Below, piece after piece: positions 38,923-47,469 of a stretch of 64,000 nt of DNA. The notes under the pieces are model-generated. The model did no database searches and was not told where the DNA came from. It saw nothing but the letters and a program-made list of their open reading frames with translations. The first letter of the stretch is position 1; each line of letters opens with the position of its first letter. Location: the NCBI GenBank assembly GCA_021324685.1, contig JAJPIQ010000008.1:47343-111342 (forward strand), in the 5' to 3' direction. The position numbers and the translations under genes are program-made. Source of the stretch: Bacteroidota bacterium (lineage in GTDB: Bacteria; Bacteroidota; Ignavibacteria; Palsa-1295).

Positions 38923-38982
38923 GAGGCCGCCCGAGGCCGGAGCATGCTCCAGATCGGCGCGGCGGATGCGGGGGTCGAGACT
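38919..38982. repeat. 62-64-bp direct repeat R2 (gcatgaggccgcccgaggccggagcatgctccagatcggcgcggcggatgcgggggtcgagact), containing the paaB start codon and a 12-bp perfect palindrome GGAGCATGCTCC
   Basis: Near-identical copy (3 mismatches) at 40148..40211. Palindrome at 38939-38950. Confidence 0.8.
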
Positions 38983-38993
38983 GGTGGTCATAA

Positions 38994-40151
38994 TTAAAAT
39001 TTGTAAACGTATTTTTCTGCTAATATAATTGAGTCATTGCTCCCTAGATAACTGCACGATAATGGGAGGTTATCTTCTCTCCATTCGTATGAAACAGCAT
39101 TCGTTAAACCTGGAAGGGAAATAAATTTACGTGTACGCTCGACAGGTCTGCCTTCTTCGTCATACACATATTGTATTATCTCCGTGTCCAATGGGTTCGA
39201 GCAAGGCAGAGGCGGGCAGTTTATACAACGTTCTCGTATAATTACCTTATTGAGCGAAAGGATGACATTACCATGGCTATCAAATCGATCTTCGCTACGA
39301 AGGCACGGTGCTGTCACATCCTTTAATAGTTGATAATGTGAGGTTCGAATGATATTACCATTTCTATCGAGAATAGTGCTATCTATATATAGAGGTTCTT
39401 GGTCATTGTATTGCAATCTTTGTGACGCAATAATTTCATTCCTGTTGTTAAAGTAATTAATAATGCGTTCCGAAAGTCGAAGATTGTTTACGTTGTTGCC
39501 GGTTTTATGCTGCCAATCAATTTCGCTGTCGATCCTTTCTGAAGGTCCCCAATACATTACCGATTTCGTACCCTGATAATCGACGGAACTCCAATTGGAG
39601 TTATCCGTGATTTGAGCGACTGTCGCAGTCTCCACTGAATTGTCCCGGTATTGAACGTATGATAATTCCCGACCCAAAGAATCATAATGGAAGATATCGG
39701 ACGAACCGGGATCTTTCTGAAAGTTACCGTATTCCCTTTTGATATTCCGTTTGTCGAATTTTATTTCTGTCGTTGCATTTAGTTCTCGATTAAAGTTTGT
39801 CGCAATAAGCGTATCACCCGAATAAGAGAACGTCCACGTTTCCGTATCGGCGACGGGAGAATATTTGGACGAGTCGAATACTGGAATCGTATCGTTTGGA
39901 TTGGTTGAATCGATACGATGCGGATAATTAAAGCTATAGCTAATACATGAGAACGATTTCAGATGATGACTACGAATCCATTGGAGCGCTGATGTATCGT
40001 CACACCAAGCAAGTTGATGCAAGTTAATTCCCGGTGAGGTGTGTTCCGGCCAGTCGGGGACAAATTGAGCGTATAGTTCCGTTCCCGTTAACAGCATAAA
40101 ACAAAACGAGAAGAATCCGAAAGCATATCCTTTCCAATGCCTAGTCTGCAT
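38994..40151 (-). CDS. Secreted YD-repeat (RHS-repeat-like) protein, paralog 2; low-GC
   Basis: Start MQTRHWKGYAFGFFSFCFMLLTGTELYAQ (signal peptide) within ORF 38994..40220. YD motifs HYDSLGRELSY, FDSHGNVIL, YVYDEEGRPVER; C-terminal ...VYKF. The first 6 codons (MQTRHW) mirror paaB's MQNEHW because the R repeat spans the start. Confidence 0.65.
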   Translation of the reverse strand: MQTRHWKGYAFGFFSFCFMLLTGTELYAQFVPDWPEHTSPGINLHQLAWCDDTSALQWIRSHHLKSFSCISYSFNYPHRIDSTNPNDTIPVFDSSKYSPVADTETWTFSYSGDTLIATNFNRELNATTEIKFDKRNIKREYGNFQKDPGSSDIFHYDSLGRELSYVQYRDNSVETATVAQITDNSNWSSVDYQGTKSVMYWGPSERIDSEIDWQHKTGNNVNNLRLSERIINYFNNRNEIIASQRLQYNDQEPLYIDSTILDRNGNIIRTSHYQLLKDVTAPCLRSEDRFDSHGNVILSLNKVIIRERCINCPPLPCSNPLDTEIIQYVYDEEGRPVERTRKFISLPGLTNAVSYEWREDNLPLSCSYLGSNDSIILAEKYVYKF

Positions 40152-40211
40152 AAGCCCGCCCGAGGCCGGAGCATGCTCCAGATCGGCGCGGCGAATGCGG
40201 GGGTCGAGACT
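40148..40211. repeat. Direct repeat R1, copy of R2 (gcataagcccgcccgaggccggagcatgctccagatcggcgcggcgaatgcgggggtcgagact)
   Basis: Lies between the two YD-repeat genes. Carries the ATG of the downstream YD paralog and the same 12-bp palindrome (40168-40179). Confidence 0.8.
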
Positions 40212-40229
40212 TTGTAACATGGTCGCTAT

Positions 40230-41249
40230 TCAAAATTTGTATACACATGTTGAATTTCCGTTATGATCTCTTATGGCCAGAAGACGATCATCATCTCCCC
40301 AAATGTATTCATTTCGTCCCCCGTCGCCCGTGCTCACTGTGACACGCCCAAATGAGTCATATTCATATGAATCACTAGTGGTATCAGGCTCAGCCCCCCA
40401 TAGATCGTAGCGTGTCTCGGTCGTGATAGAGCGAATACGATTGGCGTGCTCATCGAACAGTTTTTCCCCACAGAAATGAAGATTGTTGTCTTCGTCCTTA
40501 TCTGGATTATTCCAAAATCCATACGTGACAACCCGTTGCAAAATACCGGAAGGATAGTAGAAAAAACTATCGATCGATGTCGCTCCGCTGAATATCTCGT
40601 AAGAAAGCTGGAGCCGATTCGATACGTCGTAGAAATTGTGCGTTGCTGTAACAAGAATTGTATCTACGTTGCTTTGCTTGAGCTTTCCTTTCCGTTTCTT
40701 GGGTGTAAGGACCATTCTCTCGAAAGCGCTATCTACTCGTCCTCCCAAACCGAAATACTTAGTCTCAAGCCAATAGCCGTGTTGGATGGTAAGCACCTTG
40801 CCGATCTGTGCATATGACCATGTTTCAAGATTTGGCTTCTCGTCACTCCATCTCCGCGCTGAGTCTGCCAGCAAGACTTGTTCGCTTAACTGCCTCCCAA
40901 TTGAGTCGAAGGTTTTAATCCTTGTCAGACCGGATGAGTGCGTTTCGAGATAACAAAGCGTATCACGGCCATCGTACTTCTCTATCATTTCTTGATTCGG
41001 ATGTCCAATATTCGTAATACGGACAAGGGTATCTCCTGAGACTGAGAAGCCGTATTCCCAAATGGTATCTGGACGATTAGACACTACTACTCCAGCCATT
41101 TTGAGATGATGCGCTCTGATCCAAGCGAGTGTAAGCGGAGTCGGCGATTCCAAGTTCACACCTGGATCCGTACGAATATTGTACTGAGCGTTCGCATAAT
41201 TAGCGAACGTCAGTAACAATACCATCCCCATAAGCAATCGCGCGTTCAT
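40230..41249 (-). CDS. Secreted YD-repeat (RHS-repeat-like) protein, paralog 1; low-GC
   Basis: 339 aa. Signal peptide MNARLLMGMVLLLTFANYANAQ. Shared motif LAWIRAHHLKM (vs LQWIRSHHLKS in paralog 2). YEYDSFGRVTV YD repeat; C-terminal ...CVYKF. Confidence 0.65.
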   Translation of the reverse strand: MNARLLMGMVLLLTFANYANAQYNIRTDPGVNLESPTPLTLAWIRAHHLKMAGVVVSNRPDTIWEYGFSVSGDTLVRITNIGHPNQEMIEKYDGRDTLCYLETHSSGLTRIKTFDSIGRQLSEQVLLADSARRWSDEKPNLETWSYAQIGKVLTIQHGYWLETKYFGLGGRVDSAFERMVLTPKKRKGKLKQSNVDTILVTATHNFYDVSNRLQLSYEIFSGATSIDSFFYYPSGILQRVVTYGFWNNPDKDEDNNLHFCGEKLFDEHANRIRSITTETRYDLWGAEPDTTSDSYEYDSFGRVTVSTGDGGRNEYIWGDDDRLLAIRDHNGNSTCVYKF

Positions 41250-41261
41250 TGATTCGGATAA

Positions 41262-42263
41262 TTACGCATACGGCACCATCGTTTTCACGCCCGGTTTCAT
41301 CATTGCTTCGCGCACCCAGCGCCCATTCTCCTCGGCGTAGCGGCGGACGGCGAGGCGCTCCTTGTTGCAGGGGCCATCGCCATTGATGACGCGGAAGAAT
41401 TCATCCCAGTCGGGCTGGGTATATTCCCATTTGCCTTCAGCGTTTTTCTTGAGCGCAGGATCGGGAAGTGTAAGCCCCAGTTCCCAGATCTTCGGAACAT
41501 ATTGTTCGAGGAAGTCCTGCCGCATCTCTTCGTTCGACATCATCTTCACTTTCCAGCGCATGAGTTTTTCGGTGTGGACCGAGATCGTGTCCGGCGGACC
41601 GAAAAAGTGCATCATCGGCGGGAACCACCACCGGTTGAGCGCGTCCTGTACCATCGCGCGCTGCATCGGGGTTCCCACTGCGAGCGCGACGAACGCATCG
41701 TAGCCCTGCTTCAAATGGAATGATTCCTCATAGCAAATTCTCTCGAGCGCGCGGCAGTACGGGCCGTAGCTGCCCTTCGCATTGGCGAGCTGATTGACGA
41801 TCGCGCCGGCATCGACCAGAAACCCGATGACCGCAATATCGGCCCAGGTTTTCGCGGGATAGTTGAAAATATTGCTGTACTTCGATTTGCCGCTGATGAG
41901 ATCGTTGATCATCGCCTCACGCGATTTGCCGAGCGTTTCGGCGGCGCTATAGAGCAAGTGCCCGTGGCCAACCTCGTCCTGCACTTTCGCGATGAGTGCA
42001 AGTTTCCGTTTCAGCGTTGGTGCGCGAGTGATCCAGGTTCCCTCCGGCAGCGCGCCGATGATTTCGGAGTGAGCATGCTGCTCGATCATGCGCAGCACCT
42101 GGCGGCGGTATTCGGCGGGCATCCAGTCATCCGGCTCGATCTTTTCGCCGCGCGCAATGCGAGCTTCGAATTCCGCGAGTTTAACGGGATCTTCCTGTAC
42201 TTCCGGTTTGGAAGCTTTTCCATTGATTTTTGGATCTTCTTCGATCGAGGCGTTTCCGTACAT
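41262..42263 (-). CDS. paaA: 1,2-phenylacetyl-CoA epoxidase catalytic subunit A
   Basis: 333 aa. [50 protein letters not shown] is a di-iron PaaA sequence. Confidence 0.85.
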   Translation of the reverse strand: MYGNASIEEDPKINGKASKPEVQEDPVKLAEFEARIARGEKIEPDDWMPAEYRRQVLRMIEQHAHSEIIGALPEGTWITRAPTLKRKLALIAKVQDEVGHGHLLYSAAETLGKSREAMINDLISGKSKYSNIFNYPAKTWADIAVIGFLVDAGAIVNQLANAKGSYGPYCRALERICYEESFHLKQGYDAFVALAVGTPMQRAMVQDALNRWWFPPMMHFFGPPDTISVHTEKLMRWKVKMMSNEEMRQDFLEQYVPKIWELGLTLPDPALKKNAEGKWEYTQPDWDEFFRVINGDGPCNKERLAVRRYAEENGRWVREAMMKPGVKTMVPYA

Positions 42264-42268
42264 AGGTA

Positions 42269-42841
42269 TTAAATGGTGATTCCTTCAATCAGGATCGTGG
42301 TAATGAGCTCCGCAACCTGGTCGGATGAAAATTTGGTGTTGGGCCGATATGATTCGTACGTCCAGTTCGTGGCCGAAAGCAACGTCCGCGCCGCAATGTT
42401 CGGGTCGACGTTCTTGAATACGCCGGCTGAAATTCCTTCTTCGATCAGCTCACGAAAGATTCCCTCGTACCGGCGGCGCATGTGCCGAAAATCTTTAAGG
42501 AAGGGCTCCCGCATGTGCCGCCATTCATGCAGGAACACTCCCGAGGCATCGGAATTCGCGGCGATCACCCGCAGGTGCGCCCCGATCGCGGCGTGTAATC
42601 GTTCCGAGGGGCCCTCAACGGCCTGAATAGCGGACTCGATGCTGGTAAAAAATTCGTCCGCCATTCGAAAACAAATTTCCTGAAGGATCTCCTCTTTCGA
42701 ACCGACGTGATTATAAAGGCTTGCGGCCTCGATCCCAAGGGTTTCCGCGAGGTCCCGCATGGAGGTAGCGGTGTAGCCCCGTTCCCGAAAAAGCAGTTGT
42801 GCTTTTTCGCGGATTTGGTCTTTTCGAGCAATCGTCCTCAC
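42269..42841 (-). CDS. TetR/AcrR family transcriptional regulator, candidate paa repressor
   Basis: 190 aa. N-terminal [46 protein letters not shown]. Immediately upstream of paaA, divergent from mraZ. Confidence 0.8.
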   Translation of the reverse strand: MRTIARKDQIREKAQLLFRERGYTATSMRDLAETLGIEAASLYNHVGSKEEILQEICFRMADEFFTSIESAIQAVEGPSERLHAAIGAHLRVIAANSDASGVFLHEWRHMREPFLKDFRHMRRRYEGIFRELIEEGISAGVFKNVDPNIAARTLLSATNWTYESYRPNTKFSSDQVAELITTILIEGITI

Positions 42842-43025
42842 TAAAAAACTAACGCTCGTTAGTTAATGGATGGTTCGCCGGGCGAATACTTTGCTGAAAG
42901 AATGCGCTTTTTTTTCACTTTTATGCATTTTTTTTCTTAGAAAGTGAGCGACTTTTGCGAATTTGTAGTTATATTTGCAACAAAGTGGGTAAATGTGGGA
43001 GACATGAAACCAAAGGTGCTCATAG

Positions 43026-43487
43026 ATGTCATCTTTTAAAGGCAGCGATACTTACGTCGTCGATGCAAAAGGGCGGGTAAGCATCCCGTCCAAGATGCGA
43101 AAAAATATCGAACCTGAGGCGCATTTGACCTTTATCGTCACGCGCGGTTTGGAAAAATGCCTCTATGCCTACCCCCTCGACGAGTGGCAGCGCCTGGAAG
43201 ATTCCATTCGGCTGCTCTCTCCGGCCAACGAGAAGGACCGATTTTTTGCTCGGACGCTCATGCAATGGAGCGAAGAAGTACAACTGGATTCACAATTTCG
43301 ACTCCTCATTCCAAAATCGCTTCTCGATTTCGCCGAAATTTCCAAAGAAGTTTTTTTTATCGGTGTGCTCGATCATATCGAACTCTGGAAACCCGAGCAT
43401 TTTAAAAAATACCTGGAATCCAGAAAAGAGACCTACGAGAAAGTGGTCGAACACGTCATGGGAAAAACGCAGGGAACGGATTCGTAA
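43026..43487 (+). CDS. mraZ: Division/cell wall cluster transcriptional regulator MraZ
   Basis: 153 aa. Duplicated MraZ halves (DAKGRVSIPSKMRK ... DSQFRLLIPKSLLDFA). First gene of the dcw cluster. Confidence 0.85.
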   Translation: MSSFKGSDTYVVDAKGRVSIPSKMRKNIEPEAHLTFIVTRGLEKCLYAYPLDEWQRLEDSIRLLSPANEKDRFFARTLMQWSEEVQLDSQFRLLIPKSLLDFAEISKEVFFIGVLDHIELWKPEHFKKYLESRKETYEKVVEHVMGKTQGTDS

Positions 43488-43511
43488 TCGGCGTTTGGAC
43501 GCGATCGTTAA

Positions 43512-44462
43512 TTGAAAACGAATGCTGTATATCATGTTCCGGTGCTGCTTCGGGAAGCGCTGGACTATCTTGAGGTACACGCCGGCGGGACCTATATCGA
43601 TGCGACCGTAGGCGGCGGCGGGTATGCCGAGGCGTTGTTGGAGCAGGGAGCGCGCGTGTTCGGATTCGATACCGATCCGGCGGCATGGGAATTTAGTCAT
43701 CGCCGGCTCGCAATCTTCGGGGATCGATTTACACTCGTGAAAGAGAATTTTTCACGGATGGAAACATCGCTCCTGGCACGTGGGATCGAGCACGGAGCGA
43801 TCGATGGCGTCGTGTTCGACCTCGGGGTAAGCAGCCATCAGCTCGATACGACGAGTGTCGGCCTTAGCTATCGCATCGATGCGCCGCTCGATATGCGGCT
43901 CGATCCGCGGCTGCCGGTTTCAGCGCGAGAGGTCGTCGCGGCGTATGACGAATCGAAACTTGCACGAGTGTTCCGGGACTATGGCGAGGAACCATATTCG
44001 AAGCAGATTGCTCGACACATTGCGCGAGCACGCGAAGCGCAGCCGATCGGGACAACAATGGAACTGGCGGAGGCCGTGACGCGCGGCATGCGGGAAGATA
44101 AAAAGAATGAAACGCTTTCTCGCATTTTTCAGGCGCTGCGCATCGAGGTCAACCATGAACTGGAGAATTTAAAAACCGCCCTCGATGCCTCGCGTTCGAT
44201 GCTGAAGGAAGGTGGACGTTTGGTCGTCGTTTCCTATCACTCGCTCGAGGACCGCATCGTAAAAGATTTTTTTAAGCGTGAAAGCGAGCCGGAATTTACA
44301 CCCGGCTCGATCGGAGCGCTCCGAGAACGGATCGATCGGTCGCGGGCAGGCTTACGCATCCTGACCAAAAAGCCGGTCGTGCCGAGTGCAGCAGAATTAG
44401 AGCAAAACCCACGCGCGCGCAGCGCAAAGCTGCGTGCCGCAGAACGATTAGCCAAACGATAA
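43512..44462 (+). CDS. rsmH: 16S rRNA (cytosine1402-N4)-methyltransferase RsmH (MraW)
   Basis: 316 aa, TTG start. HVPVLLREALDYL...YIDATVGGGGYAEALL...DLGVSSHQLD motifs. Confidence 0.9.
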   Translation: MKTNAVYHVPVLLREALDYLEVHAGGTYIDATVGGGGYAEALLEQGARVFGFDTDPAAWEFSHRRLAIFGDRFTLVKENFSRMETSLLARGIEHGAIDGVVFDLGVSSHQLDTTSVGLSYRIDAPLDMRLDPRLPVSAREVVAAYDESKLARVFRDYGEEPYSKQIARHIARAREAQPIGTTMELAEAVTRGMREDKKNETLSRIFQALRIEVNHELENLKTALDASRSMLKEGGRLVVVSYHSLEDRIVKDFFKRESEPEFTPGSIGALRERIDRSRAGLRILTKKPVVPSAAELEQNPRARSAKLRAAERLAKR

Positions 44463-44466
44463 GACG

Positions 44467-44895
44467 ATGACAACAATCGCCTTTGCGCCAAAAGCCCCGA
44501 CGTCCGCCATGCCGGAACGGGAACTCCTGGGTATGCGACGAACGCCCGACCGCTGGAGTGAAACGGTTCCCGCCGAACCGGTGGCACCGCCGAGGCCTTC
44601 GCCGCCGACGGAACTCGAAAAAGCCGTTCGGCGGATGCCGACGCTCTATGTGATCGCCTTCTTTGGCATCGTCGTCCTCTCGGCCGTGCTCATCATTTGG
44701 AACACGCTGCAGGTCAATCTTTTGACGGCGCAGGAAACAAAGCTGGATACGCAAATCGCGCAAACGGAGCAGCGCCTCATTCGCCTGCGCGCGGAAGAAA
44801 TGCAACTTTCGGCTCCGGAACGAATTCGAGCGCTCGCTCAAACGAATTTGGGAATGGTCGAAGCGCAAAGCCAGGACATCATCACGGTAAAATAA
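44467..44895 (+). CDS. ftsL: Cell division protein FtsL-like (single TM + coiled coil), with a long N-terminal extension
   Basis: 142 aa. TM LYVIAFFGIVVLSAVLIIW followed by coiled-coil LLTAQETKLDTQIAQTEQRLIRLRAEEMQL. Canonical position between rsmH and ftsI. Confidence 0.6.
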   Translation: MTTIAFAPKAPTSAMPERELLGMRRTPDRWSETVPAEPVAPPRPSPPTELEKAVRRMPTLYVIAFFGIVVLSAVLIIWNTLQVNLLTAQETKLDTQIAQTEQRLIRLRAEEMQLSAPERIRALAQTNLGMVEAQSQDIITVK

Positions 44896-44902
44896 ACATA
44901 TT

Positions 44903-47353
44903 GTGACATATCGGGACCAGGACGAATTGCCGTTCGAAGGTGTCGCAATCCGGCGTGAAGATCGCGTCGGTGCGGCTCCCGGTCGTCCTGTGACTTCCGG
45001 TGGTTCTGTAGCTTCCGGTCGTCCGGCGGTCCCTATTCGTCCGGCAGTGTCGGCTCGTCCGGCCGGACGCCCATCGCCACAGGTTCCGCAAAGAACACCG
45101 TCTGTTGCTACGCAGGACGAACCAGAAGACTCCGAGGAAAAAACTTCCTGGCACGAAAAAATGGTGGAGCGCTTTTTCGCTCCACCGCCGCCAGTCGATC
45201 CGTTAAAGAAGAACGGTCGTTTGTATACCGCTCTTGCGCTGTTCCTCTTATGCTTTATACTCGTCGGCGCAAAACTCTTCAAACTTCAGGTCTTAGATCA
45301 CGCCGCTTTTTCTGCCGAGGCTGCCGAGCAGTATAAAATGGAGATGCCGATCGAACCCGAGCGCGGACTCATCCGCGATCGGAATGGGATCATCCTGGCC
45401 GCCAACGCTTTTGTCGTCAAATATGCGGTCGATCCGAAAGCGATCCAGCATCCCGACCGGCTGGCCGCGATCTTCTCCGAGACCTTCGGAAAGCCGGCAA
45501 AATATTACAACGACTTATTTCACGATACGTCGCGGCGCTATATCGTGATCGAAAAAGAAGTGCCGATGGAGGTCGCGGCGCGACTCGACTCCATCAAGGA
45601 TCGCGGCCTGATGAGGGAACTCGATTCAAGGCGAAATTATGCCTTCAGCGATCGTGCGGCCCATGTCCTCGGGTTTGCGAGCAAAGACGGTCGCGGCCTT
45701 GCCGGGATCGAACTGTTTGCAAACCGCGATCTGGCCGGCCGCGAAGGATTCCAGATCATGCAGCGCGACGGGCGCGGGGGACTTCGACCCGATGTGGACT
45801 ACGATAAAGTCGCGGCCGTCAACGGCGAAAACATTACGCTCACGATCGATGAAGCCATTCAGGCCGCGACCGAATCGGCCCTGAAGGACGGCGTCGAAAA
45901 AGCCGAAGCGGAAGCCGGTATCGCGATCGTCATGCGGCCCTCCACCGGAGAGATCCTCGCGCTGGCGAACGTTCCAGATTTCGATCCCAACCATTTCAGC
46001 GCGGCTACGAACGATATGTTGCGCAATCGGGCGATTACGGACGCGTATGAGCCCGGGTCGACGATCAAAGTCCTCGTCGCGGCCGCGGCGTTGGAAGATG
46101 GGGCCTGGAAACCGGATGACAAGATCGATGCCGAGCATGGGCACTGGAACCCCGAGCCCGGCGTGCGGATCACGGACACGCATCCCTATGGCATTCTGAC
46201 CTTTCAGCAGGCACTCGAAAAGTCGAGTAATATTTCGTTTGCAAAAGTTTCCGACAAACTCGATCGGCGGCGCTTCTATAAATATCTGCGTGATTTCGGG
46301 ATCGGAAACTTTACCGGGATCGATCTTCCCGGCGAAGTCAAAGGGGTGCTGCACACGCCGGCGCAGTGGCAGGAGAATTCCAAACGCTACATGGCGTTCG
46401 GATATGAACTCACGGCGACCCCGATCCAAATGGCAACGGCGTATGCGACCGTTGCGAATATGGGCCTTATGATGAAGCCCTACATCGTGGCAAAACGCGA
46501 AGGGCCAAACGGAACGGAAGTCACGACGCCGCAGGAAATTCGGAGGGTCGTGAGCGAGCAGACCTGCCGCACGCTCATACACATGATGGAAGGCGTCGTC
46601 GATTCCGGAACGGGAACGCTTGTAAAAATTCCCGGCGTACGCATTGCGGGAAAGACGGGGACCGCGCAGCAGTTGGTGGGCGGCCATTGGTCGAAAGAAC
46701 ATTATACCTCGAGCTTTACCGGATTTTTTCCGGCCGAGAAACCCGAATACCTCATCAGTGTGATCCTTCGCTCGCCGAGGAACGGCTATTATGGCGGTGT
46801 CGTGAGCGGACCGATCTTTCGCGAGATCGCGATGGACATCATGGAAATGACGGGTACGCTGCCGCCGGAAGCGCGAACGCAGCCGAAGCCCACACAGCCA
46901 CTGGTCACCGAAGGGGTGGTCGATATCGATGGTATTCCGGTCACGCCGCGCGATCCGGATACGCGGCCCATGTGGGATGTCCGGGGGCTCACGGCCGAGC
47001 AGGGGCGCTCGGTGCTCGCAAGTCAGGGTTTCATCGTGCTCGCGTCGAAATCGAAAGACGACCGCGAGATCATTGCCGATGTACAAAAGTGTGGAGGGGA
47101 TACCGTTCGGTTTGCGCTTGTCACAGACGCATCCTCCGAGCCCGGTCAGAATAATGGTTCCGCGAATGCAACGGTCACACCCGATCTCATGGGGATGCCA
47201 ATGACACGCGCTATTAAACTGGCAGCGGCGGACGGATTTCGTGTCCGGACGAGCGGCTCCGGAGCGGTTGAAAAACAATTCCCTACGGCCGGCGCGACAC
47301 TGAGCACGGCCTATGGAAGCCCGACGCTAACGCTGTTTGGGGAAGAACAATGA
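44903..47353 (+). CDS. ftsI: Peptidoglycan D,D-transpeptidase FtsI / class B PBP, with an unusually long Pro-rich N-terminal cytoplasmic extension and two C-terminal PASTA-like domains
   Basis: 816 aa. TM LYTALALFLLCFILVGAKLF. Transpeptidase motifs STIK (EPGSTIKVLVAAAALE), SSN and KTGT. C-terminal tandem ~65-aa domains resemble PASTA. Confidence 0.85.
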   Translation: MTYRDQDELPFEGVAIRREDRVGAAPGRPVTSGGSVASGRPAVPIRPAVSARPAGRPSPQVPQRTPSVATQDEPEDSEEKTSWHEKMVERFFAPPPPVDPLKKNGRLYTALALFLLCFILVGAKLFKLQVLDHAAFSAEAAEQYKMEMPIEPERGLIRDRNGIILAANAFVVKYAVDPKAIQHPDRLAAIFSETFGKPAKYYNDLFHDTSRRYIVIEKEVPMEVAARLDSIKDRGLMRELDSRRNYAFSDRAAHVLGFASKDGRGLAGIELFANRDLAGREGFQIMQRDGRGGLRPDVDYDKVAAVNGENITLTIDEAIQAATESALKDGVEKAEAEAGIAIVMRPSTGEILALANVPDFDPNHFSAATNDMLRNRAITDAYEPGSTIKVLVAAAALEDGAWKPDDKIDAEHGHWNPEPGVRITDTHPYGILTFQQALEKSSNISFAKVSDKLDRRRFYKYLRDFGIGNFTGIDLPGEVKGVLHTPAQWQENSKRYMAFGYELTATPIQMATAYATVANMGLMMKPYIVAKREGPNGTEVTTPQEIRRVVSEQTCRTLIHMMEGVVDSGTGTLVKIPGVRIAGKTGTAQQLVGGHWSKEHYTSSFTGFFPAEKPEYLISVILRSPRNGYYGGVVSGPIFREIAMDIMEMTGTLPPEARTQPKPTQPLVTEGVVDIDGIPVTPRDPDTRPMWDVRGLTAEQGRSVLASQGFIVLASKSKDDREIIADVQKCGGDTVRFALVTDASSEPGQNNGSANATVTPDLMGMPMTRAIKLAAADGFRVRTSGSGAVEKQFPTAGATLSTAYGSPTLTLFGEEQ

Positions 47354-47469
47354 CCGAAAATGAATTATGAATGATGAATGACGGACCGAAGGTGTTCCTT
47401 CATGGTCATCATTGATATTTCTCATGTTCATTGTAATCACTTCAAAGTTAAAGCGGCGTTCGTTGAAAA

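Noticed and set aside
38923-38991. N-terminal extensions MTTSLDPRIRRADLEHAPASGGL / MLQSLDPRIRRADLEHAPASGGL on paaB and on the YD-repeat gene
   Set aside because: The identical peptides arise from translating the duplicated 62-bp R element. Both genes have good internal starts (MQNEHW..., MQTRHW... with a signal peptide) immediately after it.
45626-47278. 550-aa minus-strand ORF
   Set aside because: Antisense to ftsI, whose sense frame has STIK/SSN/KTGT motifs. Composition is junk-like (R/G/P-rich).
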